Source of the DNA: an uncultured Bacilli bacterium
GTDB taxonomy: Bacteria; Bacillota_I; Bacilli_A; RF39; UBA660
Reading direction: 5' to 3'
DNA length: 51,440 nt
Assembly (NCBI GenBank): GCA_944371955.1
Contig: CALVYB010000002.1
Location: 1 to 51,440 of the forward strand
Part shown: positions 20,956 through 30,059 of the stretch, piece after piece
Layout of the letters: each line of letters starts with the position of its first letter
How positions within the stretch are numbered: the stretch's first letter is position 1
The notes under the pieces: generated by a model
Databases searched by the model: none
Seen by the model: the letters and a program-made list of their open reading frames with translations, nothing else
What the model was told of the DNA's origin: nothing
Made by a program: the position numbers and the translations under genes

Positions 20956-22233
20956 TTATACTCTATTATCATTTAAACAAAACATTGCATAAATTGGAAT
21001 ATATCTAATTTCTTTTTTTGTTGAAAAATTATTTTCCGTTACTCTATAAGCCTCAGTTACTGTGAATTTTTTCATAAATACAGATAAAGATTTTGCTTTG
21101 GAGTCTCGCTTCGTAATTAATTCTATTGGAATAATCTTGCCCATTCTGTTTTGAATTACAAAATTCACTTCTGCTTTCCCTTCAGACTGATAGTAATATA
21201 AAGCATATCCAGCTTCTGCCAAAGATTTAGCTATGTTATTTTCATAAAGTATTTCTTTTGTTTTTTCATCACTTAATAATTGTTTTAATGTCATATGCAA
21301 CATGGAAAATAATAGTCCATCATCTGGCAAATATAATTTAAAACTATCAGTTTCTCGGCAACTACTAAGAGGTGATTTAACTGTTGATATTTTATAACTT
21401 CTATACACAATTTGGTTGTTTACCAAAAAGTTAATAGTGCTTTCATATTCTTTAGCACGTCTTCCTGTGCCAATTATGCCATATTGAAATTTCTTGTTTT
21501 CTTTTTTTAGCTGTTCTGGAAGGGACTCAATTACTTCTAATCCTCTTGGTATATCGATGAGTGTTTTACATGAAATTAATTCTCTTTCATACACTTCTAG
21601 TATTTTTTGCTTAATAATGTCTATTTCTTGTTCATTTTTACCTGTAAGATTAGCATCTACTACTTCTGGCAATCCTCCTATCATTAAATATTCTTGAAAT
21701 AATTCTAATGCTAATTTATGAAAAGGACAAGTTTTATGTTTAGTGAAAGATTCACGTATTAATTCAGCTAAAGCTCTTTCATTTTTAGCCCATAAAAACT
21801 CCTCAAAGTCCATTTCATTCATACCTTTAAATTGTAGCTCTTCACCTTTAAAAAGGGTTAGATTTTCTCTTCTAGATGTAATTGCCATTATATGATATTT
21901 GCTATGTTCACTTCCAAATAATTTTAAGCCTTTCACAATTTCTACACTATTTATGTTATCAAATATAATTAACGTGTCTTCTGGTAATATTGTTTCTCCT
22001 GATAGAAGGGATAAATTTAATATTATACGCTCTGTTGATTTTTCCCTTATAAACAAATCTTCTAAGGGCTTATTATTACTAGTATTAAAATAGATTGTAT
22101 TTTTATAATTTAATTTTCCGAAAGCTAGAGCAGAATAACTTTTTCCTACTTGTTTCGGTCCGTATAAAATTAAAGGTTTTCTAATAATATCTTTTTGCCA
22201 CTTTTGAAAAAATCTTTCTATTTTTCGTTCCAT
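20956..22233 (-). CDS. AAA+ superfamily ATPase of unknown function (COG1373-like: P-loop N-domain plus a DUF4143-like C-domain)
   Basis: 425-aa ORF with the P-loop 'LYGPKQVGKS'. The family assignment is from recollection of the architecture and has not been searched. Confidence 0.6.
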   Translation of the reverse strand: MERKIERFFQKWQKDIIRKPLILYGPKQVGKSYSALAFGKLNYKNTIYFNTSNNKPLEDLFIREKSTERIILNLSLLSGETILPEDTLIIFDNINSVEIVKGLKLFGSEHSKYHIMAITSRRENLTLFKGEELQFKGMNEMDFEEFLWAKNERALAELIRESFTKHKTCPFHKLALELFQEYLMIGGLPEVVDANLTGKNEQEIDIIKQKILEVYERELISCKTLIDIPRGLEVIESLPEQLKKENKKFQYGIIGTGRRAKEYESTINFLVNNQIVYRSYKISTVKSPLSSCRETDSFKLYLPDDGLLFSMLHMTLKQLLSDEKTKEILYENNIAKSLAEAGYALYYYQSEGKAEVNFVIQNRMGKIIPIELITKRDSKAKSLSVFMKKFTVTEAYRVTENNFSTKKEIRYIPIYAMFCLNDNRV

Positions 22234-22266
22234 AATTTGTTCCCTCCTAACATATTTCCTAAAAAA

Positions 22267-22295
22267 AGTATACTTTTTTTCTTTTTAAAAGTCAA
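22267..22295 (-). promoter_or_regulatory. Sigma-A type promoter TTGACT-17 nt-TATACT in front of the AAA ATPase-gpmI pair
   Basis: On the minus strand, TTGACT is at 22295..22290 and TATACT at 22272..22267. Confidence 0.6.
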
Positions 22296-22307
22296 TTAAA
22301 GAAAAAA

Positions 22308-22325
22308 AAGACGTGCATTCGTCTT
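22308..22325 (-). terminator. Intrinsic terminator after spo0A
   Basis: Stem aagacg/cgtctt with a 6-nt loop, followed on the minus strand by T8. Confidence 0.7.
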
Positions 22326-23097
22326 AGTTAGCTAATGGTTTACTAAATTCCAATCTTAGTTTGTCAGCTACAGTGATAATAAATTCTGAATTTGTTGGTT
22401 TGGCTTTATCTATATCTACACTGTGACCGAATATTTCTTCCATAAGATCCCAATTACCTCTATTCCAACTTACTTCTATTGCATGTCTTATTGCTCTTTC
22501 TACCCTTGATACTGTTGTATTAAACCTTTTAGCGACTTCTGGGTATAATTCTTTGGTAATTCCGCCAATAATTTCTGGACGCTCATATACTAAAGAAATA
22601 CTTTCTCTAATGTATTGGTATCCCTTGATGTGAGAAGGTACTCCTAATTCATGTAAGGTCTTAGTTATAGCTATTTGAAGATTATTGTGATAAACATCGA
22701 TTTCTTTTCCTCCAAATTTTACTCCTGCTGCTACTTCTAAAATCCTCTTTTCTAAGTCTTCTAATTCAAACGGTTTTAAAATAAAGTAATTTACCCCTAA
22801 TTCAGAAACTTTACGTATCATATCTTGTGTATTGTAAGATGTTAATACGATTACCTTTTTATTAATTGATTTCTTTTTCATATATTCCAGTACTGCTATA
22901 CCGTCTTTATTAGGCATAATTAGGTCTAATAAAATGATATCATATTCTTCTTGTTTCTTTTCTATTAAATGGATTCCTTCAGCTCCGTCATAAGCTTCTA
23001 GTGAAATTGTCACTTCGGTCCTCTCTTTAAAATATTCCTTAATCATTTCTACTAAACTTTTATTATCATCTACTACTAATACTCTTGTCTTTTTCAT
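22324..23097 (-). CDS. spo0A: Sporulation master response regulator Spo0A
   Basis: Receiver domain ('VLVVDDN', '[10 protein letters not shown]') plus the Spo0A-specific C-terminal domain ('[19 protein letters not shown]'). I prefer the ATG at 23097 (GAGAGGAG RBS) over 23130. Confidence 0.9.
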   Translation of the reverse strand: MKKTRVLVVDDNKSLVEMIKEYFKERTEVTISLEAYDGAEGIHLIEKKQEEYDIILLDLIMPNKDGIAVLEYMKKKSINKKVIVLTSYNTQDMIRKVSELGVNYFILKPFELEDLEKRILEVAAGVKFGGKEIDVYHNNLQIAITKTLHELGVPSHIKGYQYIRESISLVYERPEIIGGITKELYPEVAKRFNTTVSRVERAIRHAIEVSWNRGNWDLMEEIFGHSVDIDKAKPTNSEFIITVADKLRLEFSKPLAN

Positions 23098-23167
23098 TTG
23101 TTCTCCTCTCAGTACTGCACGTATTTTCATTATATACTAGCTTCCTAAAAAATGATAGAGAAAAAAA

Positions 23168-23191
23168 AGACAAGTTTTGTCGAAACTGTCT
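23168..23191 (-). terminator. Intrinsic terminator after tpiA, containing a TGTCGAA Spo0A-box sequence
   Basis: Bulged stem agaca(a)gttt/aaactgtct, followed on the minus strand by T7-8 (23161..23167). Confidence 0.65.
23178..23184 (+). promoter_or_regulatory. Exact 0A-box heptamer TGTCGAA about 80 nt upstream of spo0A
   Basis: Matches the B. subtilis Spo0A box consensus TGNCGAA. It is a single copy, so chance cannot be excluded. Confidence 0.3.
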
Positions 23192-23198
23192 AATTTGT

Positions 23199-23900
23199 CT
23201 AATTTTCTAGTTTTTCTAAAAATATGTCTAATTTTTCTAGTTTTAGACTTATCCCACCTAATAAATAGCCGTCTATTACAGATATTTTTCTTAACTCTTC
23301 TATGTTATTCTCATTTGCACTACCACCATACAATACCTTCGTATTTGGTAAATGACATTTAATTAAATTTATGATTTTTTCTATCTCTTCATTGGTTGGA
23401 ATTAAACCTGTTCCAATCGCCCAAATAGGTTCATAGGCAATTATTACTTTTTTCTTTTCTTCTATGGTCAAATCTTTTAAAGCTTCTTCTAGCTCTTTTG
23501 CGATTACTTCATTTTGTCTATTAGTTTCACGTTCTTCCTTTTCTTCTCCTACACAGATAATCGGGATTATTTCTTCTTTTAGTAACAATTTAACTTTCTG
23601 ATTTATTTCTTCATCTGTTTCATGTTGATATTTTCTTCGTTCAGAGTGACCAACAATACAATATTTTACACCCATTGATTTTAATTGCGTTGCTGATATC
23701 TCACCTGTATATGCACCACATGAGGTTTTACTTACATTTTGGGCGCCTAATCCAATGTTTGATTGTTCTACCAAACCTATATATAAATTTGTTGGACATA
23801 ATATGAGGTTTGCATTTTTTTGTATTTTATTTAATTTTTCTTTATATTCTAAGAATTCTTCTTTAGTAAAATTACTTTTATTGTTTAATGCTATAATCAT
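23199..23900 (-). CDS. tpiA: Triosephosphate isomerase
   Basis: 233-aa ORF, 'GAYTGEIS', 'IVGHSERR', 'AYEPIWAIGTG'. Confidence 0.95.
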   Translation of the reverse strand: MIIALNNKSNFTKEEFLEYKEKLNKIQKNANLILCPTNLYIGLVEQSNIGLGAQNVSKTSCGAYTGEISATQLKSMGVKYCIVGHSERRKYQHETDEEINQKVKLLLKEEIIPIICVGEEKEERETNRQNEVIAKELEEALKDLTIEEKKKVIIAYEPIWAIGTGLIPTNEEIEKIINLIKCHLPNTKVLYGGSANENNIEELRKISVIDGYLLGGISLKLEKLDIFLEKLEN

Positions 23901-23914
23901 TTAATCATTTCCTT

Positions 23915-24406
23915 TTACATTTGATAAGCTTTTCTTTCTTCTAGGCTTCTCGACTTAATGTATACTTGCCTTCCAGACACCACACCCAATCCTTCAAATC
24001 CATGATTAGAAAGGTAGGTGTCTGGAATTTGTGTTTTCTCCTCTTGAAACAATGCAAGCTCTTCCATTTTTAAAGTGAAGAAAGCATAATTTTCCGTTTC
24101 TTCTAGCATTTTTTCTTGCCATTTCATAGATGATGGATATATTGTTATTTGGCAAGCTTTCCTGTCTGTCTCTCCAATAAGACAAGATAGTGCTACAATT
24201 GTTCCGTTAGATACCAAGAATAGTATTTTAGTTATTTCTGGCGTTTCTTGCTGTTGTTGATTAGAATCCATTTCTGTTAATAAAGTTCTATCTTTTTTGA
24301 AATATTGAGAAATTGTATTTTCTAAATTATTTTGGCGTTCGTATTCTTCTATTTGTTTTATATGGTCTTCATTAGTTGGATTAGCAACAACTACAGTTCC
24401 TTTCAT
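23915..24406 (-). CDS. Hypothetical 163-aa protein, possibly a degenerate GNAT-like fold
   Basis: ORF wedged between pgk and tpiA. Its ATG lies 1 nt after the pgk stop (TAAAATG). The C-terminal 'YLSNHGFEGLG' resembles the end of a GNAT domain, but no acetyl-CoA P-loop is visible. Confidence 0.5.
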   Translation of the reverse strand: MKGTVVVANPTNEDHIKQIEEYERQNNLENTISQYFKKDRTLLTEMDSNQQQQETPEITKILFLVSNGTIVALSCLIGETDRKACQITIYPSSMKWQEKMLEETENYAFFTLKMEELALFQEEKTQIPDTYLSNHGFEGLGVVSGRQVYIKSRSLEERKAYQM

Positions 24407-24407
24407 T

Positions 24408-25580
24408 TTACTTTATGGCTTCCAATCCAGGTAGAGTTTTTCCTTCTAGATATTCTAGTGTAGCTCCTCCTCCTGTTGAAGCATGGTAAACTTTATCTTT
24501 ATATCCAGAGGTCGAAGCTGCCGCAACAATATCTCCGCCACCTAAGATGATTTTAATATTATTATCTACTATGAATTGTAAGATATGATTTGTTCCCTGT
24601 TTATATTTTTCAAATTCATATACTCCTAATGGCCCATTCCATACGGCAATCTTTGCTTCTTTTAGATAGTTTTCAAATAATTTTTCTGTATTTGGTCCGA
24701 TATCCAATCCCATTTCATTATATTCTAAGTCACTAATATCTTTTACCCTGTGCTCTTCTTTCTCGCTGTATTCTGTTGTTATAGCTACATCTACTGGTAA
24801 TACAATTTTATCTGGATATGCTTTTACTATTTTTTTGCAAAAATCTATACTCTCTTCGTCTAATAGAGAATTACCTATTTCATACCCTTCTGCTTTTAAG
24901 AAAGTAAAGGCCATTCCTCCACCTATTAAGATTTTATCTGCTTTTTTTACTAAATTTTCAATCACTCCAACCTTGTCGGCTACTTTAGCACCTCCTAAAA
25001 CCACTATAAATGGATGCTCTGGGTTGTCCAGTTCTTTTAGCGCAGTTAATTCTTTTTCAATCAAGAAACCTATGCAAGAGTCCAAGTGGCTAGCTATTCC
25101 AACGTTTGATGCATGAGCTCTATGAATTGTACCAAAAGCATCATTTACAAATACGTCTCCTAATGATGCCCAATATGCACCAAGTTCTGGGTCGTTTTTA
25201 CTTTCTTTTTTTCCATTTAAATCTTCATATCTTGTGTTTTGTACTAAAACTATATCTTGCTCATTCATATTATTTATAGCATTCTCTAATATTTCTCCTC
25301 TAGTTTTCTCTACAAATGTTACTGGTCGTTTTAATAATTCTTCTAGCCTTTTAGCAACGGGAGCCAAGTTATTTTTTATTAAATCAGCTTCTTCTTTAAT
25401 TCTTCCTAGGTGAGAAAATAAAATGACTTTAGCTTTTTTCTCTAGAGCATATTGAATGGTTGGCAATGCAGCCGTAATCCTAGTATCATCTACTATATTT
25501 CCGTCTTTTATTGGAACGTTAAAGTCACAACGGATTAATACTTTTTTATTTTCCAAATTCATATCTTTTATTGTCTTCAT
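24408..25580 (-). CDS. pgk: Phosphoglycerate kinase
   Basis: 390-aa ORF, 'RCDFNVP', 'FSHLGR', 'STGGGA'. Confidence 0.97.
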   Translation of the reverse strand: MKTIKDMNLENKKVLIRCDFNVPIKDGNIVDDTRITAALPTIQYALEKKAKVILFSHLGRIKEEADLIKNNLAPVAKRLEELLKRPVTFVEKTRGEILENAINNMNEQDIVLVQNTRYEDLNGKKESKNDPELGAYWASLGDVFVNDAFGTIHRAHASNVGIASHLDSCIGFLIEKELTALKELDNPEHPFIVVLGGAKVADKVGVIENLVKKADKILIGGGMAFTFLKAEGYEIGNSLLDEESIDFCKKIVKAYPDKIVLPVDVAITTEYSEKEEHRVKDISDLEYNEMGLDIGPNTEKLFENYLKEAKIAVWNGPLGVYEFEKYKQGTNHILQFIVDNNIKIILGGGDIVAAASTSGYKDKVYHASTGGGATLEYLEGKTLPGLEAIK

Positions 25581-25646
25581 CGCTATATTCTCCTATCTAA
25601 TTCAGTATATCATTGTTTCTGATAGAAAAAAAGAAGTTGCCTTCTT

Positions 25647-26651
25647 TTATTGCTCCATTAGGTACTTAGCTGTTCTTACCATTTGAGCGGTATAGCTCAT
25701 TTCATTATCATACCAAGAAACTACTCTGGCTAACTGCTTTCCTTCTACTTCTAAAACACTAGTTGATAATCCATCTACTAAAGATCCACAGTGTCTTCCA
25801 ATTACATCACTTGAAACAATTGGATCGTCAGTATATTGTAATGTTTCATTTTGAGCGGCTTTTAGGGCTTCATTTATCTCTTCTGCAGTTGTATTTTTTG
25901 TAAATTCTAAAACTAAATCAATTACTGAACCAGTTGGAACAGGAACTCTCATTGCAGCTCCATCTAATTTCCCTTCCAAGTTAGGACAAACTTTACCGAT
26001 TGCCGAAGCTGCTCCTGTTGATGCTGGAACAATATTTGCTGCACAAGCTCTGCCTCGACGTGCTTTAATTCCTTTCTTGTGAGGGACATCCAAAGTAGCT
26101 TGATCATTTGTATAAGCGTGAACAGTAGTCATATAACCTTTTACAATTCCAAATGTTTTATCTAAAACATCTACTACTGGAGCTAAGCAGTTAGTTGTAC
26201 AACTTGCTGCTGATATTATTTTTTCATCACCTGTTAAAATCTTGTGATTGACGTTATATACAATTGTTTTAACATCGCCTTTTGCAGGTGCAGATATGAT
26301 AACTTTTTTAGCACCAGCATTTATATGCGCCATAGCTTTTTCTTCTGAGGTGAATTTACCGGTACATTCTAATACTACATCAATATCTAAATCCTTCCAA
26401 GGTAAATTTGTAGGGTCTGTTTCAGCATAAATCTTTATACTTCTGTTTCCTACAATAAGATTATCCCCTTCACTGTGAATTTCATCAATTCTATAGTTTC
26501 TGTGGTTTGTATCATATTTTAATAAGTATGCTAATTGCTCAGCATCTGTTAAATCGTTTATTGCAACGACTTCAAAATCTGGATCTTCTTCCATTAATCG
26601 AAATGCAAGTCTTCCAATTCTACCGAATCCATTAATTGCAACTTTTACCAT
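25647..26651 (-). CDS. gap: Type I glyceraldehyde-3-phosphate dehydrogenase
   Basis: 'MVKVAINGFGRIGR', catalytic 'SCTTNC'. The start at 26651 has a GGAGGA RBS. The 45 upstream codons in the ORF track are an artefactual extension. Confidence 0.96.
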   Translation of the reverse strand: MVKVAINGFGRIGRLAFRLMEEDPDFEVVAINDLTDAEQLAYLLKYDTNHRNYRIDEIHSEGDNLIVGNRSIKIYAETDPTNLPWKDLDIDVVLECTGKFTSEEKAMAHINAGAKKVIISAPAKGDVKTIVYNVNHKILTGDEKIISAASCTTNCLAPVVDVLDKTFGIVKGYMTTVHAYTNDQATLDVPHKKGIKARRGRACAANIVPASTGAASAIGKVCPNLEGKLDGAAMRVPVPTGSVIDLVLEFTKNTTAEEINEALKAAQNETLQYTDDPIVSSDVIGRHCGSLVDGLSTSVLEVEGKQLARVVSWYDNEMSYTAQMVRTAKYLMEQ

Positions 26652-26672
26652 TTCTAATCCTCCTTTATTCTC

Positions 26673-26701
26673 ATTATATAGTTTTATATTTTTTGTTTCA
26701 A
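26673..26701 (-). promoter_or_regulatory. Sigma-A type promoter TTGAAA-17 nt-TATAAT for gap-pgk-orf163-tpiA
   Basis: On the minus strand, TTGAAA is at 26701..26696 and TATAAT at 26678..26673. Confidence 0.65.
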
Positions 26702-26740
26702 TATATTCAAATAATCTTGACACTTTTTTGTCGTAAAAAA

Positions 26741-26765
26741 AATATCCACAAGTTTTGTGGATATT
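26741..26765 (-). terminator. Intrinsic terminator after the TGS/uridine-kinase gene
   Basis: 11-bp stem aatatccacaa/ttgtggatatt, followed on the minus strand by T8. Confidence 0.7.
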
Positions 26766-26770
26766 TTTGA

Positions 26771-28426
26771 TTATTCGTGAAAACAACTTCCTCCTATAAA
26801 CTCTCTCAATATTGAATCTTGAGGAATTACATCTGCTGGTATAGGTAAGAATAATCTCAAAAATTCAATTAATCTTTTAGCTTCTCCATAATATGGTGAA
26901 TCTTGAGGGACCGCATACAATAATGGTTCTACATAAGTCTTTAATACCCCTATTTCATAAATTAAAGCAGAATTAAACGTAAAATCCGCATCATCTTGAT
27001 ATGGGAAAATATATTTTTCTTCTCCTTTTCGTACACTGTGCCAGGCTTTTAAAGTATGCTCTACATTATTATTTCTGGTTCGATTATCTCTTACCATTCG
27101 TCTTAGCATCCTATTGTCTGCTGTAGATACACGATTATGATTATCTATATTTAATTCTGTCAACGCAGATATATAAATTTTATATTTCTTATTTCTTGGA
27201 ATATTAGTCAAGATTTTAGAATCTAATGCATGTATTCCCTCTATTAATAAAATATCTTCTTGACCTAAACTCATTTCTCTTTTATATTCTTTCATTCCTA
27301 ATGGAAAGTTATATGTAGGAACTTTAACAGTTTTTCCACTTAATAATTCTTCTATTTGTTTATCAAATAGTTTTAAATCAACTGCTTCTAAACACTCAAA
27401 ATCTGGATTTCCATTCTCATCTATAGGATTCTCATTACGTTCCACAAAATAGTCGTCCATGGAAAGGACTCTTGGATGTAGACCAAAACTTTCTAAATAC
27501 ATCCTTAACTTTCTAGAAGTAGTAGTTTTACCAGAAGATGATGGCCCTGCCATCAATACTATTTTAATCTCTTTTCTTCTTTCATTAATCTCTTTTGCTA
27601 AATTTAGTAAACGATTGCTTTGTAGAGTTTCATCTATTCGAATTAGGTCATTGATTTTTCCTAGCGATACTACTCTATTTAATCCCACAGAATTTTCTAC
27701 TCCTATAATTTTAGCCCACTCTCTATATTCCTGAAAAACCTCAAACATATGAGGGTGATGCTTATATGGAGGGATTTTATCTGGTTGAAATACTGTTGGG
27801 AATTGTAATACAAAACCATTTTCTTTTACATATGTTAAATCAAAGTCTTTTACTTTTCCTGTTGAAGTTGGCATTTGATTATAAAAATAATTGTAATAAT
27901 TTCCTAGTCTATATAACGTTACATATGCGTTTGTTGTATATAATAAAACCCCCGCTTTAGAATCGTCATTTTTTCTTTTAAAGTATTTTATGGCTTCTCC
28001 TCTATCTACTGTACTTCTTATAATAGGTGTATCAGCTTCTATGATTTTTTTCATTGTTTCTTTGATATTTTTTATTCTGTTTTCTGTTAGTTTGAAAGTG
28101 GTTTCTATATAAATACCTTTATCTATTGAGTGTTGAACAATGATATCAGCTTCTTCACCAAACAACTTCTTTACAGCATATAGTAATACATATGTAAGCC
28201 CACTAATATGTGTACTGTTTCCTTCTTTTGACGTTAAATCTAAAAACTCTATCGTAGAATTTTCTTCTATTGTTGTTGTAAGTTCTCTTAATCTATTATT
28301 TACTTTAGCTAATAAGATAGGATATTTAAAATTTTTTTGAAACTCTGTAGAGATTTCTTCTAATGTCATTCCTTTACTCATTTGATATTTTTTTCCATTT
28401 ATTTCTACTTCTATTGCTTCAATCAT
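26771..28426 (-). CDS. TGS-domain / uridine-kinase-family P-loop nucleoside kinase fusion protein
   Basis: The N-terminal part is ThrRS-like (TGS). It has the P-loop 'MAGPSSSGKTTT' and a uridine kinase-like C-half. I prefer the ATG at 28426 (GAGGGTGA RBS). The ORF-track start at 28435 is a GTG. Confidence 0.75.
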   Translation of the reverse strand: MIEAIEVEINGKKYQMSKGMTLEEISTEFQKNFKYPILLAKVNNRLRELTTTIEENSTIEFLDLTSKEGNSTHISGLTYVLLYAVKKLFGEEADIIVQHSIDKGIYIETTFKLTENRIKNIKETMKKIIEADTPIIRSTVDRGEAIKYFKRKNDDSKAGVLLYTTNAYVTLYRLGNYYNYFYNQMPTSTGKVKDFDLTYVKENGFVLQFPTVFQPDKIPPYKHHPHMFEVFQEYREWAKIIGVENSVGLNRVVSLGKINDLIRIDETLQSNRLLNLAKEINERRKEIKIVLMAGPSSSGKTTTSRKLRMYLESFGLHPRVLSMDDYFVERNENPIDENGNPDFECLEAVDLKLFDKQIEELLSGKTVKVPTYNFPLGMKEYKREMSLGQEDILLIEGIHALDSKILTNIPRNKKYKIYISALTELNIDNHNRVSTADNRMLRRMVRDNRTRNNNVEHTLKAWHSVRKGEEKYIFPYQDDADFTFNSALIYEIGVLKTYVEPLLYAVPQDSPYYGEAKRLIEFLRLFLPIPADVIPQDSILREFIGGSCFHE

Positions 28427-28531
28427 CTTTGTCACCCTCTTTATTTTCTCTTATTATTGTATCATACTTTGTCGTTTTACCATATGCATATTTTCATTTG
28501 TTTACACTTATACTAAAATCAGGTGATGAAA

Positions 28532-29107
28532 ATGAGTTTAGTTCCTGTTGTTGTAGATAAAGAATTAGATGGTGAACGAAGTTATGATATTTTTTCAAGA
28601 TTACTAAAAGAGAGAATCATTTTTATTAGTGGTGAAATTAACGATTCTTTAGCAAACACAGTAGTTGCTTCTTTGCTTTATTTAGATTCTATTAATCATG
28701 ATGACATTTCGGTTTATATTAATTCGCCTGGTGGAAGTGTTTCTTCTGGGTTTGCCATTTATGATACTATGCAATTTGTTGGTAGTGACGTTTCTACCAT
28801 TTGTATTGGTATGGCCGCTAGTATGGGAGCCTTTTTGCTCTCCAGTGGTACTCCTGGCAAAAGATATGCTTTACCAAATGCTGATATCATGATTCATCAA
28901 CCACTTGGTGGAGCTGAGGGTCAAGCCAGTGATATTAAAATTGCAGCTGATAGAATTATTTTACTTCGTAAAAAGTTAAATAAAATTTTAGCTAAAAACA
29001 CTAAAAATCCACTAAAAAAGATAGAAAAAGATACAGAGAGAGATTATTATTTAGATGCCGAAGAAGCTGTTGCGTATGGATTAATTGATCAAGTAATAAA
29101 AAAATAG
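28532..29107 (+). CDS. clpP: ATP-dependent Clp protease proteolytic subunit
   Basis: '[17 protein letters not shown]', catalytic 'GMAASMGA' Ser and 'MIHQP' His. Start chosen 6 nt after AGGTGA. Confidence 0.96.
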   Translation: MSLVPVVVDKELDGERSYDIFSRLLKERIIFISGEINDSLANTVVASLLYLDSINHDDISVYINSPGGSVSSGFAIYDTMQFVGSDVSTICIGMAASMGAFLLSSGTPGKRYALPNADIMIHQPLGGAEGQASDIKIAADRIILLRKKLNKILAKNTKNPLKKIEKDTERDYYLDAEEAVAYGLIDQVIKK

Positions 29108-29126
29108 AACTTTAGAGTTCTATTTT
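29101..29126. terminator. Bidirectional hairpin between clpP and whiA
   Basis: Stem aaaatagaac/gttctatttt with a 6-nt loop, overlapping both stop codons. Confidence 0.55.
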
Positions 29127-30058
29127 TAATTTAAATTCTTAAATCTAGTTGCTAGCTCTTTTATTTTTCTAAATCTATGGTTTAATCCTGATTTTGTAAT
29201 AGGGATTCCTGTTTCGATAGAAATGATTTCACTTAATTCTTTTAGAGAGGCTTCAGGATATTTTTTACGATATTCTAAAGCTTCTCGAGTTTTGTCATCT
29301 AACAAACTAGTTCCTAAATTATCTTCAATAACTGTAATATCATCTAATTGTGAAGTTGCTGTTGCAACTACTTTATCCATATTTGCTTGCTCACAATTAT
29401 TTAAACGATTGGCCTGATTTTTTTTGTTACGATAAATTCTTTGATTTTCAAAATATAATACCGCATTATTTGCCTTTATAATTTTTAAAAAATCACTAAT
29501 TTTATCAGCTTCTTTGATGTATAACATATACCCTTTATCTCTAGTTAGTATTTTTACATTTAAATCAAACAAATTTAATAGTTTTTGTACAAAGACTGCT
29601 TCTTCTGACTCTTCTATTAAAATTTCCATATGATATCTCGAAGTTTTCGGGTCATTAATACTACCCGAACTCAGAAATACTCCTTTCAAGTACGCTCTTA
29701 TTTCTTCATTAGCTCCTACAATATATTGAGGCGGTCTTGTTAAATGGTTTCCACTTTTATCTTGATAGCCAATATCCTCCAAAATAAAATCTTTTTTGTT
29801 ATCTAGTGTTAATACTAATAAATCTTTCTTACTAAAGTTCAAACTATCTTTAATTTCTTTTGTAACCTTTATTTCATATAAAGTCTCAATGTGTTTTTCT
29901 ATTCTTGCACAAATCAATGGATTTTCTGTTGTTAGCTGAAATCCATTAATAGTACTGTGTCCATTATTTCTAATGTAGCCAGATAATTCAGCAATCATTT
30001 CGGATTTAGAACCGATGCTTTTAGATATTTCTTCTTTGATATCTGTAGTATATGACAT
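29126..30058 (-). CDS. whiA: DNA-binding sporulation/cell-division regulator WhiA
   Basis: 310-aa ORF with a degenerate LAGLIDADG core plus a C-terminal HTH. Usual position after yvcK. Confidence 0.88.
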   Translation of the reverse strand: MSYTTDIKEEISKSIGSKSEMIAELSGYIRNNGHSTINGFQLTTENPLICARIEKHIETLYEIKVTKEIKDSLNFSKKDLLVLTLDNKKDFILEDIGYQDKSGNHLTRPPQYIVGANEEIRAYLKGVFLSSGSINDPKTSRYHMEILIEESEEAVFVQKLLNLFDLNVKILTRDKGYMLYIKEADKISDFLKIIKANNAVLYFENQRIYRNKKNQANRLNNCEQANMDKVVATATSQLDDITVIEDNLGTSLLDDKTREALEYRKKYPEASLKELSEIISIETGIPITKSGLNHRFRKIKELATRFKNLN

Positions 30059-30059
30059 T

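Noticed and set aside
23098-23160. Possible sigma-H type promoter (AGGAAG ... GAAAAT) upstream of spo0A.
   Set aside because: The spacing between the two elements (about 9 nt by my count) does not fit the 11-12 nt of the sigma-H consensus. A plain TATAAT is also present. I make no claim here.
26652-26786. 45-codon N-terminal extension of gap in the ORF track. Analogous extensions occur on uvrA (34639..34668), ftsE (41552..41641), spo0A (23098..23130), rpsN (11210..11254), infA and rpmC.
   Set aside because: In each case an internal ATG is preceded by a strong GGAGG-type RBS and yields the canonical N-terminus. The extensions run through promoter or terminator sequence.
28436-28531. I looked for a CtsR operator (tandem GGTCAAA repeats) upstream of clpP.
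   Set aside because: No GGTCAAA-type direct repeat is present. Only a generic AT-rich promoter region is visible.
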